Shown piece after piece: positions 26,094-35,255 of a DNA stretch of 64,000 nt. Under the pieces are notes generated by a model that worked only from the letters and a program-made list of their open reading frames with translations, did not search any database and had not been told where the DNA came from. Location of the stretch: contig DATKZY010000144.1 of NCBI GenBank assembly GCA_035527715.1, positions 4,444-68,443 of the forward strand, in the 5' to 3' direction. This stretch comes from Planctomycetota bacterium (GTDB lineage Bacteria; Planctomycetota; PUPC01; DSUN01). How positions within the stretch are numbered: the first letter of the stretch is position 1; each line of letters opens with the position of its first letter. A program made the translations under genes and the position numbers.

Positions 26094-28605
26094 GTGCCTC
26101 GTCGTGCTCTCGATGATCGTGCTCCGTGCGGCCGCCCAGGGCGCGCAGCCGTCGCGCGCTGCCTGGTGGCTGGCCCGGGACGGCGTCGAGCCGATTGCCG
26201 ACCTCGTCAACACGGCCGAGCCAGGGAAGCCGCCCGCGTTCCGCGACCGGGTCGGCTCGTTCAAGGTCGAGGCAGAGGATCGGGCACTGCTGGTGACGGG
26301 GAGCTTCCCCAAGGCGAACGTGTGGCGCTTCGACCTGACGACCGCCGACGGGCAGTTCGACATGCGGCGCCTCTACGTCGAGTACGGCGCGGTCGCCTGC
26401 CCGGACCCCGACTCGATCCAGACGCGTCGCATCGGGAAGCTCCTGGGCGACCCGGCCAGGGGGCTCTCCCACACCGGGCCGTGGGAGGTCTTCAACGGCG
26501 AGTGGAAGGTGCCCACGGCGCGCGTCGCCCTCGACGGCCAGCACGTCTACACCTCCTGGTTCGACCTCCCGAGCCTGGACGACCAGGAGGCGGGCAGGGT
26601 CTACGCCAGCTTTGCCCTCGACATCGGGAAGCCGGGCGAGCACACGGTTCGCATCGCCTTCGACGACTTTCCGCGCCACACCCGCTGGCGGCCCGGCGGG
26701 CGCGTGCGCGACAAGCCCGAGGTGACACGTGTCGCCAATCCTCTGCGGCCCCACCACATCGGCTCCATCGCCATCGGCGTGGACGAGCGTGTCCGCTCCC
26801 TCCAGCCCGCCCGCCTCAAGCCCGAGCTGGTCGGGAAGCACCCCCGCCTGAGCGGCAAGGTGGAGCTTGTGAACGTCGAGAAGCCCCTGGGGCCGGACGA
26901 CAAGAGGGTGCAGGACCTGATGCTCTTCCTCGACCCTGACCGCGCTCCACTGTGGGAGTACAGCGACGACGCCGAGTCCATGGCTTCGGACAACGACATG
27001 GATGCGGGCAGGAAGGGCCTCGCCGCCTGCGGAGCATACGACCGCCTTGTTTCCCGTCTCACGCCCGAGGCGAGGAGGGGACTCGACAAGCACTTCCTCA
27101 AGCGGTTCCAGGGGCTCTACACGTTTGCCGTCTTCCAGCGGAACTACCACCCGACCGGCTATGCCCAGAACCACAGTTCGAAGTCCATCTGGGCGCTCCT
27201 TGGCGCGGGCCTCGCGTGGGACGGGCCCGAGGCGGCGAAGTGGCTCGACTGGGCCGTGATGGTCTGCCGCAGGCGGGTCGAACTGCTCGGCCGCGACGGC
27301 GGCCTGGAGTGGATGAACGAGGCGCGCGACTATGGCCTCGGCTTCTGGGAAACGTCGCGCCAGCTCATCCTCCAATGCACGGGCCTCGACCTTGCCGCCG
27401 GCCCCTTCTTCGCCAACGAATGGCGGTACGCCCTGCACAACGCCCCCGCCTTCCCCAAGACCGGCATCCCGACGCTCATTACCGGCCAGGGCACGCGCGA
27501 CGGGGTGAACCTCCCGCTCCCGCAAGGCACGGCGCCGGAGACGACGCCGACCTCCTGGCACTTCGACGACTGCGACCAGGTGTTCCTGCGGTCGGGCTGG
27601 GCCGACGACGCCTTGCGCGTGCGCCTGACGGCAGGCTCCGTCTTCGGGAAGCAGGGCACGCCCCTCGCGCTCCGCTACAACTGGGCGCACTGCCCCGTCA
27701 ACCGAGGCTCCATCGCCGTCGCGAAGGGCGCCCACCCGATCCTCAACGAGCCCGGCTGGGACCGCACGTACCGCAAGAGCGCGGGGAACGACAACTGCAT
27801 CCTGGTGAACGACACGGACCAATGGGGCGGCGGGCAGGTGTGGCACCCGCGGCTGCGGCTCGACCAGGTGGGGCGAATCGCCTTCTTCGCCGACGGCGCG
27901 CTCCTGAGCGTCGCCCGCGCCGACCTTCGGGACGCCTACCCGCCCGAGGCGAAGCTCGCGGCGCTGTCGCGGGTCCTCGTGCAGCTCAAGCCCGACCACT
28001 TCCTTGTCTTCGACCGCATCGAGACGCAGGGCCGGGGCAAGGCGGAGTGGCGCTTCCACGCCGCCTTCGTCGAGCCGCCCGGCCCCTCCGACCGCTTCAC
28101 CGCCTTCGGGTTCCAGAGAAGCAAGGGGCAGCACGCGACGTTCGATGCCGCCTTTACCAGGCTCCCCGACGCGAGCTGCCAGGTGGCGTTTCTCACGCCG
28201 GGGGTGAAGGCCGAGGTCGGAATGTCCGACGTCTACTTCCGCGGCTACGCCTTCCGCCAGCCGGTGCGCCGCTTGCGGATCGTGCGGGAGAGCGATGGCC
28301 CGATGGCCCTTCTTACCGCCTTGGCGCCGAGGGTGGTGCTCGAGCCGAAGGGTGGGAATGCCTTCGTGGGACGGCACGGAAAGGTCGTCTGGGTCGTCCT
28401 GGTCGGTGGCGGCTCGGCTGAGGGACTCGACTCCGATGCGTATCTCGCCGTTGCCGCGCACGACACCGAGGCCCGCTCCGCCGAGGTCCTGCGCTTCGGC
28501 GGGACGCGCGTCGCCTTCGCCGGCATCGCCGTCCCCGGCGATGGCGCGGACACCTTCGGGGTCATCCAGGATGGCAAGCTGACCCGCCGCGCTCCCGCCC
28601 AGTGA
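26083..28605 (+). CDS. Secreted heparinase II/III-like (polysaccharide lyase-like) protein
   Basis: GTG start with signal peptide VASKCLVVLSMIVLRAAAQGAQ. 840 aa. The alpha/alpha toroid plus beta-sandwich organisation is suggested by composition and by the C-terminal HFLVFDRIE region typical of the Hepar_II_III family. Call is moderate to weak. Confidence 0.5.
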   Translation: MASKCLVVLSMIVLRAAAQGAQPSRAAWWLARDGVEPIADLVNTAEPGKPPAFRDRVGSFKVEAEDRALLVTGSFPKANVWRFDLTTADGQFDMRRLYVEYGAVACPDPDSIQTRRIGKLLGDPARGLSHTGPWEVFNGEWKVPTARVALDGQHVYTSWFDLPSLDDQEAGRVYASFALDIGKPGEHTVRIAFDDFPRHTRWRPGGRVRDKPEVTRVANPLRPHHIGSIAIGVDERVRSLQPARLKPELVGKHPRLSGKVELVNVEKPLGPDDKRVQDLMLFLDPDRAPLWEYSDDAESMASDNDMDAGRKGLAACGAYDRLVSRLTPEARRGLDKHFLKRFQGLYTFAVFQRNYHPTGYAQNHSSKSIWALLGAGLAWDGPEAAKWLDWAVMVCRRRVELLGRDGGLEWMNEARDYGLGFWETSRQLILQCTGLDLAAGPFFANEWRYALHNAPAFPKTGIPTLITGQGTRDGVNLPLPQGTAPETTPTSWHFDDCDQVFLRSGWADDALRVRLTAGSVFGKQGTPLALRYNWAHCPVNRGSIAVAKGAHPILNEPGWDRTYRKSAGNDNCILVNDTDQWGGGQVWHPRLRLDQVGRIAFFADGALLSVARADLRDAYPPEAKLAALSRVLVQLKPDHFLVFDRIETQGRGKAEWRFHAAFVEPPGPSDRFTAFGFQRSKGQHATFDAAFTRLPDASCQVAFLTPGVKAEVGMSDVYFRGYAFRQPVRRLRIVRESDGPMALLTALAPRVVLEPKGGNAFVGRHGKVVWVVLVGGGSAEGLDSDAYLAVAAHDTEARSAEVLRFGGTRVAFAGIAVPGDGADTFGVIQDGKLTRRAPAQ

Positions 28606-28662
28606 TCTCCGCCGCGGTGCGCTGCTCGCGGGTGCGTTGCCCCGAGGCAGGGAGCGGGCCGA

Positions 28663-30042
28663 CTAGCCAGCGCCACGCTGAAGCTCGGCAAGAACCTCTC
28701 TGGCCGAAGCGGGGCGGCCATCGGGCTCCTTTGCCATCATCCGCATGATGAGACGGGCCAGGCGGTCGGACACGGCGGGATTCGCTGCCCGTGGGTCGGG
28801 CACGGGGGCCTGGGCGTGGGCGAGGAGGATGCGGGCCAGCGTGTCGCCCTCGTACGGCACCTTGCCGCACACCATCTCGTAGAGCATGCAGCCGAGCGAG
28901 TAGATGTCCGTCCGATGGTCCACGCGCTTTGCGTCGGCGGCCTGCTCCGGCGAGAGGTAGTACGGGGTGCCGAGGGTCATCCCCGACTGGGTCATGCCGA
29001 AGTCGCCGCCCATCCGCTTGGCAAGGCCCAGGTCGGCGATCCGAGCGACCCCGCCGCCGTCGAGCAGGATGTTGGATGGCTTGATGTCGCGGTGGACGAA
29101 GCCGTTGTCGTGGGCGCATTGGAGCCCCTGGCAGATCTGGCCGGCCAGCTCGACGGCGCGCCGAATCCCGATCTGGCCCGCCGCGCGGATGAGGTCATGG
29201 AGGCTGCCGCCCTCGACGAGCTCCATCACGATGAAGTAGATGCCGGCCTCGCAGCCGACGTTGTAGACCCCCACGATGTTGGGGTGCTTGAGCCGCGCGG
29301 CGGCGCGGGCCTCGCCCAGAAAGCGGTCCACGGCGTCGGCGCTGCGCTGCACGAACTCCGGCGGCAGAATCTTCACGGCCACGGGAATGTCGAGTCCCAC
29401 GTGGTGGGCCTGGTACACGGCCCCCATGCCGCCCTGGCCCAGCTTGCGCACGAGCCGGCACCCGCCGACCATCTGCCCCGCGCACGGCTCCTGTGCCCGC
29501 GCCGCTCCCGGCCCGGCCGCAAGCGCGGAAGCGGGTGGCGACGTCAGCGGCCCCTGCCGCTGAAGGAACGCGATCGCCTCGAGCACGGGGCCGGGCAGGA
29601 GCAAGTCGTCCTTCGCCCGAAACAGGTCGCGCACGACGTCGGGGAACGACGCAGCGAACTCGTCTGCTTCGCGTTGGAGCTGGGCCTCAAGCTCCGGCAC
29701 CTTGCTCCTGTGCTGCGCCGCCCTGCGCCTCACCCACAGCATCGCGATGACCACGCCCCCGGCCAGCGAGACGAACGACACCACCGTCATGCCCGTGTCG
29801 TACGCCCGGTTGTTCTTGACGTTCTTGACATCCACCCCGAGGATGGCCAGAACAAGAATGCCGAGGATGAGACACAGGAGGAAACCCAGAACAAAGGCGA
29901 AGTGCCGCAGGACACGGTTGCCGAAGCTCTTGGGATTGGCCTTTCGGCGTGCGGCTTCGAGCCCGTCCTGGGCCTCTCTCAGCCGCATGAGCCAGTGCAG
30001 CGCGGCGCGCGGGTCGCGGCGTACCGTAGCGGCCTCTTCCAT
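28663..30042 (-). CDS. Membrane-anchored Ser/Thr protein kinase (Hanks-type)
   Basis: Kinase motifs GQGGMGAVYQA, VAVK, HRDIKPSNILL, DLGLAK, GTPYYLSPE. N-terminal TM segment LRHFAFVLGFLLCLILGILVLAILG. Confidence 0.9.
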   Translation of the reverse strand: MEEAATVRRDPRAALHWLMRLREAQDGLEAARRKANPKSFGNRVLRHFAFVLGFLLCLILGILVLAILGVDVKNVKNNRAYDTGMTVVSFVSLAGGVVIAMLWVRRRAAQHRSKVPELEAQLQREADEFAASFPDVVRDLFRAKDDLLLPGPVLEAIAFLQRQGPLTSPPASALAAGPGAARAQEPCAGQMVGGCRLVRKLGQGGMGAVYQAHHVGLDIPVAVKILPPEFVQRSADAVDRFLGEARAAARLKHPNIVGVYNVGCEAGIYFIVMELVEGGSLHDLIRAAGQIGIRRAVELAGQICQGLQCAHDNGFVHRDIKPSNILLDGGGVARIADLGLAKRMGGDFGMTQSGMTLGTPYYLSPEQAADAKRVDHRTDIYSLGCMLYEMVCGKVPYEGDTLARILLAHAQAPVPDPRAANPAVSDRLARLIMRMMAKEPDGRPASAREVLAELQRGAG

Positions 30043-30133
30043 CCTGGCCTCCTATGCCCGGGCGTGCGATGGCCCGTGGCCCCATTATCGGGGTCGCGGG
30101 CCAGCAGTCAAGTGCGGCTGAGTGACACCGCGG

Positions 30134-30868
30134 TCAGGGCGCTGCCTCGGGGCGCTGGTAGATGCGCACGTAGTCCACCTCCATCGCCGTGCCGTCAATC
30201 GCGTCGGTCACGGGGCCTGCCCACTTGATGATGGCCGAGCTGAGGTAGACGTGTGCCGGGCCGCGGCAGACCGTGTTGGCCTCGCGGCGAATCTCCTTGC
30301 CATCGAAGGTCCACACCAGCTCCTTCTCGCTCCAGTCGAGGGCGTAGACGTGGAACTCCTTCGCCAGCTCGTGCCCTTCGGCTTTCCAGCGCTTGCTCTT
30401 GGCCCAGTGCTGGCCCGACCAGTTGTGGATGTTCATGTTCACGAGGTCGGGGAAGTGGCCCTCGTTGATGTCAATCTCGAAGCGGCCTGGGGCGTCCCTG
30501 GGCAGGCGGGTCGTGATCCAGAAGGAGTTGTTCAGCCCCGTGGCGGCGCCGTAGCGGTAGCGGGCCTCGAAGTAGCCGTGCTGAAACGCCTGCTTCGTCC
30601 ACAGGCTCCCCGAGGTCCACTCCTGCCCGCCGCGCTGCTCTTTCTTGTTGAGCAGGCGGCAGAGGCCGTCCTCGACGACGACGTTCTCGCGCCAGCGGCT
30701 GCACAGGATGTGGGTGTTGGGGCCGTTCTGGAAGTCCCACTGCTTGTCGAGGTCCGCCGTCTTCCCGTCGAACTCGTCGCGGAAAACGAGCTGCCAGCCA
30801 TTGCCCTCAGGGGGTCCGGCTGCAAGGCCTGACAGCATCGCGGCAACGACGAGAAGGGATATGGGCAT
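30134..30868 (-). CDS. GH16-family glycoside hydrolase (laminarinase/beta-glucanase-like)
   Basis: Catalytic motif EIDINEGHF (ExDxxE). Signal peptide MPISLLVVAAMLSGLAAG. The track ORF 30134..31675 is over-extended. Confidence 0.8.
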   Translation of the reverse strand: MPISLLVVAAMLSGLAAGPPEGNGWQLVFRDEFDGKTADLDKQWDFQNGPNTHILCSRWRENVVVEDGLCRLLNKKEQRGGQEWTSGSLWTKQAFQHGYFEARYRYGAATGLNNSFWITTRLPRDAPGRFEIDINEGHFPDLVNMNIHNWSGQHWAKSKRWKAEGHELAKEFHVYALDWSEKELVWTFDGKEIRREANTVCRGPAHVYLSSAIIKWAGPVTDAIDGTAMEVDYVRIYQRPEAAP

Positions 30869-30921
30869 AGCGAGTCTCGCAGACCGGAAAGGCTTGGCCC
30901 TGATGTGCCTTCCCCATAGCG

Positions 30922-30953
30922 CCGAGGGGCAGGCCGGGTGGCCTGCCCCTCGG
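30922..30953 (-). other. Perfect 13-bp stem-loop between the giant gene and the GH16 gene (possible terminator or attenuator; no U-tract)
   Basis: ccgaggggcaggc-cgggtg-gcctgcccctcgg read directly. Confidence 0.4.
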
Positions 30954-30990
30954 AATCCGCTCGTCGGGAGCATCGAAGCCCCAGGCACGC

Positions 30991-33900
30991 CTACTTCGCG
31001 TCGGCCGAGGCGACCTTCTTGCCGTCGGCGTCGCAGATGATGCGGAAGCCGACGTTGTGGACGCACTGCCAGGAGGCGTAGTCGTAGCGGACGGCGCTGC
31101 GGGCGCGGAACGGCCGGTCGTAGTAGGAGCCGCCGCGAGCGACCTTGCGGCCGCTGTCGCTCGGCGCGTTGCGCCCGTCGGCCTCGACGTAGGGATACGG
31201 CTTGTAGGCGGTCAGAGTCCACTCCGCTACGTTGCCGGCCATGTCGAGGAGGCCGAAGGCGTTGGGGGTGTACTTGCCGACGTTGTCGGGGACGATCGAG
31301 CCGTCGTTGACGCCGGCAATGCACGGGATCCACTTGGGCGAGTCGCGGATGCACAGCTCGGTGAGCCGCTTGTCGGCGAGGTTGGCGAGCTTGCCGAAGT
31401 CGGCCGTGCAGTCGCCCCAGTAGAGCGGGGTGTCGGTGCCGGCCCTCGCGGCCCACTCCCACTGGGCCTCGGTGGGCAGGGCGAACTTGCGGTCGGTCTT
31501 CTGGCTCAGCCAGTAGCAGAAGTCCATCGCCTGCTTCCACGAGATTCGGAGGACGGGCTGCTTGTCGCGGTTGACGGCCTGGCCGCGGTTCGAGTGGTCC
31601 TTGTTGAAGACGCTGATGTAGGCGCTGTCGTGGGCGGCGTCGAAGAGGGCGTATTGCTCGTTGGTGATCTCGCACTTGCCCATGTAGAAGGGCTTGTCAA
31701 CCTTCACGCGGCACTGGGGATACTCGTCGGGATAGCCGTCGGCCGAGCCCATGACGAATTCGCCGGCGGGCACGAGCACGAGGTCGAGCGCGAGGTTGTC
31801 GGCGAGGGCGATCTTCAGCTCGGCGGGCAGGCCGGCGGCCTCCTGGCGCTTCTTGGCCTCGGCGGCGTCGAAGGGCCAGCCGGCCACTTTCTCAGCGAAG
31901 GGCTTGCGCTCGGGCGGCGGCTCGGGCTTCACGAAGGCCGGCCGCTCGGGCGGCGGCGTGGGATACACCTCGGGGTTTTCCGGGCGGTTGGCGTACTTCG
32001 TGCGCATCTCGAGCCGCCGCTGGACGATCTTCTCGATGTTCCCGCGGTGCTCGGTCCACGTGCCGTGGCAGGGGACGTTGAGGTCAATCCAGGTGTAGAG
32101 GCGGTCCCAGGCCTCGGCGTCGAGCTTCACGCCGTTGTGGCCCTTCTTGAGCATCTGGACGAGTTCGCTGGTCGAGGCGTCCCACTCCATCGGCACCTGG
32201 AGGTGGTAGTCGCTCTCGGGGCCGGGCCGCCGCACGTAGGGGTGGAGGGCGAGGTAGGACTTGGCGAAGCCGCGGTCGCCCTTGCCCGTGTCGGCGAAGC
32301 AGGGCAGCGTCTTGCCGTCCTGGCGCGGCTTGCCGTCGTGGCAGCCGACGCAATGCTTGTCGAGGACGGGTTGGACTTCGCGGAGGAAGCTGAAGCCGCG
32401 GGCCGCGCCGCGCCAGGGCTCGATCTCGGACGGCTTCTGCGTGGCCGCAATGGTGCGGCGCAGGCTCGGCGTGGTGTTCTGCCGCTCGTGGCAGCCGACG
32501 CAACTGGCGGCCTCGCCGGGCATTGCCGTGTACCAGCTCCGCATGACCTGGACCGCCTTGCCCTCGGCATCGAGGGGCTGGACCGCGATCGGGAGGTTGG
32601 CGGGGACCTTGAAGAGGGCGGAGCCGTCGGGATTGACGGGCACGGTGCCGTGGATGCGATGGACGTCCCACGGGCCGTCAATGCCGATGTGGATGTGGCC
32701 GCCCATGCCGTTGTAGCCGTAGTGTGGCTCGAGGAGGCGGAGCTTCTTGACCGTGCCGCGGGGCACGCCCTTCAGGCCCTCGCCGAAGTAGACGTCGTTG
32801 AGGTAGACCGTTGCATAGTCCTTCGAGAGGTCCACCTTGTCGGGGACGACGGGCGGCTTTGCGGTCTTGCGGAGCGGCACCGGCTCGAGGATCGCGTAGC
32901 CGGGCACCTCCAGGATCGGCAGGATGTTGTCGAACGTGTCCACCAGGCAGAGCGCCCAAGGCGACTGGGCGTTCATCTGGCAGGAGACGAGGATGTACTT
33001 GTCGCTGAGGGGATAGGGGTGGAGGAACTTGGGCCAGGCGGGGTTGGCCAGGCCATCGGTGATCGTGGCGACCGTCGGCGTGCTGTTGCTGGGGATGAGC
33101 TGCACCGCGCCGTCGTCCTCGTGGCGGCCCTTGGCGGGGTCGTAGACGAGCAACTGCCCCATGCGCGGCACCCCGTGGTGGCCGGAGATGATGGCCACCA
33201 CCTTCGTCGGATGGCCAGGCACCGGGCGGGCGTAGAACGTCGAGTTGGGCCAGTAGCTGTTCGAGAAGGCGAACTCCATCTGCTCCGTGCCGTCGGGGTT
33301 CATGTGGAAGAGCAGGCGGCTGAAGTAGTGCGGGGTGTCGCTGTATTCCCAGCGGGTGTAGAGCACGCGGCCGTTGTTGAGAACGGTCGGGCACCAGTTC
33401 TGGTCCTGGTCGAAGCACAACTCGCGCTCCTTGCCCGTCTTGGGGTCGAGGAGCACGATGTTGGCGACGGGCGAGCCGCCGCCGACGCAGGGCACGCCGT
33501 GGAAGGCGCGGGTGGAGGTGAAGAGGATGCGGCCGTCGGGCAGGTAGCAGGGGTCGAAGTTATCTACGTCCGGCTCCAGGCCGGGGTTCACCTGTCGCAG
33601 GCCGGAGCCGTCGGCCTTGATCTCGAAGACCTGCCAGCGGCCGTTGGCGCCGATGGACGAGAAGATCATCCGGTCGCCGTCCCAGTGGAGGTCCACGTCG
33701 CCCACGAACTCGCCGTTGGCCGGCCGGTAGAGGGTGGTGAGCTGCGCGCCGGGCCGAACGGGCGAGAGGACGGCGATCTCATTGTCGTAGCCCTTGCTGG
33801 CGATCGAGGCGTTGGTCACCCAGTTCTGGGGCAGGCCGAGGTTGCGGGCGCTACGCTTGACGACCAGAAGCTTGTCGAAGTCAATGAGCGGGTTGTGGGT

Positions 33901-35154
33901 GAGGAGGGCCTCGGTGCGCAGCGTGCGGATCTCGTCGCCGACGTCGGCCAGTTTCTTCACGTTGCCAGGGTCGCCCTTGGCTTCGGCGACCTCGACCACG
34001 GCCTTCTCGAGGGCCTCGAGGCGCTGGAGGAACTCCTTGCCCTTCGTGTACTGGGTGGGATAGGTGTCGGCGAGGTCCTCGATGGCGAGGCGGAGGGCCT
34101 TGAAGTTGAAGTTCTTCACGAGGGCGGAGGCTTCCTCGACGCGGAGCGAGCGGTAGTAGGGCTCGCGGACCCTGGCGAGGTCGGCGGGGGCCTTCACGTC
34201 GCCGGCGGCCGCCGCGGCCTCCTTGGCCATCGAGGGCATGCGGGTGGCGGCGACGTAGCGCTTGGCGAGAGCGGCCAGGTCGCCAGGCGTCCAGTCGGCG
34301 GCCCAGAGGTTGTCCTGGCGCTCCCAGCTCATCTCGCGGCCGGCGGAGCCGTCGCGGAAGTCGCGGCTCACGAGGCTCCACAGCTCGTCGCGGGCGATTT
34401 GCTTGGGGTCGCGCTTCCTGGAGGCGACGGCGCCCGCGACGGGGGTCGGCGAGGTGTGGAAGTAGAAGCCATGGCCGCCGCTGTTGTTGTGGATTTTCAG
34501 CAGCAGGTGGTTCTCGCCCTTCTTCAGCTCGAGCTTCGCGGTGTCCTGGTTGGGCGCGTGGCCGCGGGGGGTGTCGTTCGAGATCAGCAGCTTGCCGTTG
34601 AGCCAGGCGCGCATGCCGTCGTCGCTGCCGAAGTAGCCGGTGATCGTCATGTCCCTGGGGGCCTTGATCATGCGGTAGAGATAGGTGGAGCCGTTGGTGC
34701 CGGCCGACATGTCGTGGGGCACGCCGTCCTGGAACTGCGGGCAGGCCTGCCAGCGGAGCTTGCCGTACGACTTGGTCATGGCCTCCTGCCAGGCCGGCTT
34801 GCCGCCTTCGGCGCCGTCGAGGACGGCGGAGAGGTCGTCGTGCTTGCTGAGGGCCGCCTCCTTCTCGGGCGGGAAGGCCATCGTGAAGTTCTTCTGGTTG
34901 TTGGGCGGGTAGAAAGGCCCGACCAGGTACCACGTGCCCAGCTCGACGCCGGCAGAGGGTTTGGGGACAGGCTTGGCCGAGGGCTCGACAGAGGGCTTCG
35001 CCGTCTGGTCGGCCTCGTGCTTCAGGAGCGCCTCGCGCGAGGCGAGCATCGTCTCCTGCCATGTGCCCTTCTTGACGTAATAGGGCGGGTCGGCGGCGAG
35101 CACGGATGCAGCGAGGAGCAGGAGCGAGCCGGAAACGGTCAGTCGCGCGGGCAT
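30991..35154 (-). CDS. Giant secreted multidomain protein: PA14-like domain, TolB-like beta-propeller, two CXXCH haem-binding motifs, C-terminal formylglycine-generating-enzyme (FGE/SUMF1) domain
   Basis: ATG 35154 with GGAGG 6 nt upstream. Signal peptide MPARLTVSGSLLLLAASVLAAD. PA14-like ...TITGYFGSDDGMRAWLNGKLL... Propeller repeats DGRILFTS, NGRVLYTRWEY. CVGCHE and CVGCHDGK. FGE motifs GEFVMGS, NAFGLLDMAGNVAEWT, RVARGGSY, GFRI. The track ORF 30991..36738 fuses this gene with the upstream one. Confidence 0.8.
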   Translation of the reverse strand: MPARLTVSGSLLLLAASVLAADPPYYVKKGTWQETMLASREALLKHEADQTAKPSVEPSAKPVPKPSAGVELGTWYLVGPFYPPNNQKNFTMAFPPEKEAALSKHDDLSAVLDGAEGGKPAWQEAMTKSYGKLRWQACPQFQDGVPHDMSAGTNGSTYLYRMIKAPRDMTITGYFGSDDGMRAWLNGKLLISNDTPRGHAPNQDTAKLELKKGENHLLLKIHNNSGGHGFYFHTSPTPVAGAVASRKRDPKQIARDELWSLVSRDFRDGSAGREMSWERQDNLWAADWTPGDLAALAKRYVAATRMPSMAKEAAAAAGDVKAPADLARVREPYYRSLRVEEASALVKNFNFKALRLAIEDLADTYPTQYTKGKEFLQRLEALEKAVVEVAEAKGDPGNVKKLADVGDEIRTLRTEALLTHNPLIDFDKLLVVKRSARNLGLPQNWVTNASIASKGYDNEIAVLSPVRPGAQLTTLYRPANGEFVGDVDLHWDGDRMIFSSIGANGRWQVFEIKADGSGLRQVNPGLEPDVDNFDPCYLPDGRILFTSTRAFHGVPCVGGGSPVANIVLLDPKTGKERELCFDQDQNWCPTVLNNGRVLYTRWEYSDTPHYFSRLLFHMNPDGTEQMEFAFSNSYWPNSTFYARPVPGHPTKVVAIISGHHGVPRMGQLLVYDPAKGRHEDDGAVQLIPSNSTPTVATITDGLANPAWPKFLHPYPLSDKYILVSCQMNAQSPWALCLVDTFDNILPILEVPGYAILEPVPLRKTAKPPVVPDKVDLSKDYATVYLNDVYFGEGLKGVPRGTVKKLRLLEPHYGYNGMGGHIHIGIDGPWDVHRIHGTVPVNPDGSALFKVPANLPIAVQPLDAEGKAVQVMRSWYTAMPGEAASCVGCHERQNTTPSLRRTIAATQKPSEIEPWRGAARGFSFLREVQPVLDKHCVGCHDGKPRQDGKTLPCFADTGKGDRGFAKSYLALHPYVRRPGPESDYHLQVPMEWDASTSELVQMLKKGHNGVKLDAEAWDRLYTWIDLNVPCHGTWTEHRGNIEKIVQRRLEMRTKYANRPENPEVYPTPPPERPAFVKPEPPPERKPFAEKVAGWPFDAAEAKKRQEAAGLPAELKIALADNLALDLVLVPAGEFVMGSADGYPDEYPQCRVKVDKPFYMGKCEITNEQYALFDAAHDSAYISVFNKDHSNRGQAVNRDKQPVLRISWKQAMDFCYWLSQKTDRKFALPTEAQWEWAARAGTDTPLYWGDCTADFGKLANLADKRLTELCIRDSPKWIPCIAGVNDGSIVPDNVGKYTPNAFGLLDMAGNVAEWTLTAYKPYPYVEADGRNAPSDSGRKVARGGSYYDRPFRARSAVRYDYASWQCVHNVGFRIICDADGKKVASADAK

Positions 35155-35255
35155 CTCATTCCTCCAAGGCTTCCTGAATGCGGCCCGGGGCCGGACACAC
35201 GCTAGAGTCGTATTGTATATGCGAACTGCCGGGCTGTCAAAAAAGACTCGCGAGT

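Noticed and set aside
31057-35205. 1382-aa plus ORF antisense to the giant gene
   Set aside because: Val/Gly/Ala/Glu-rich antisense artefact.
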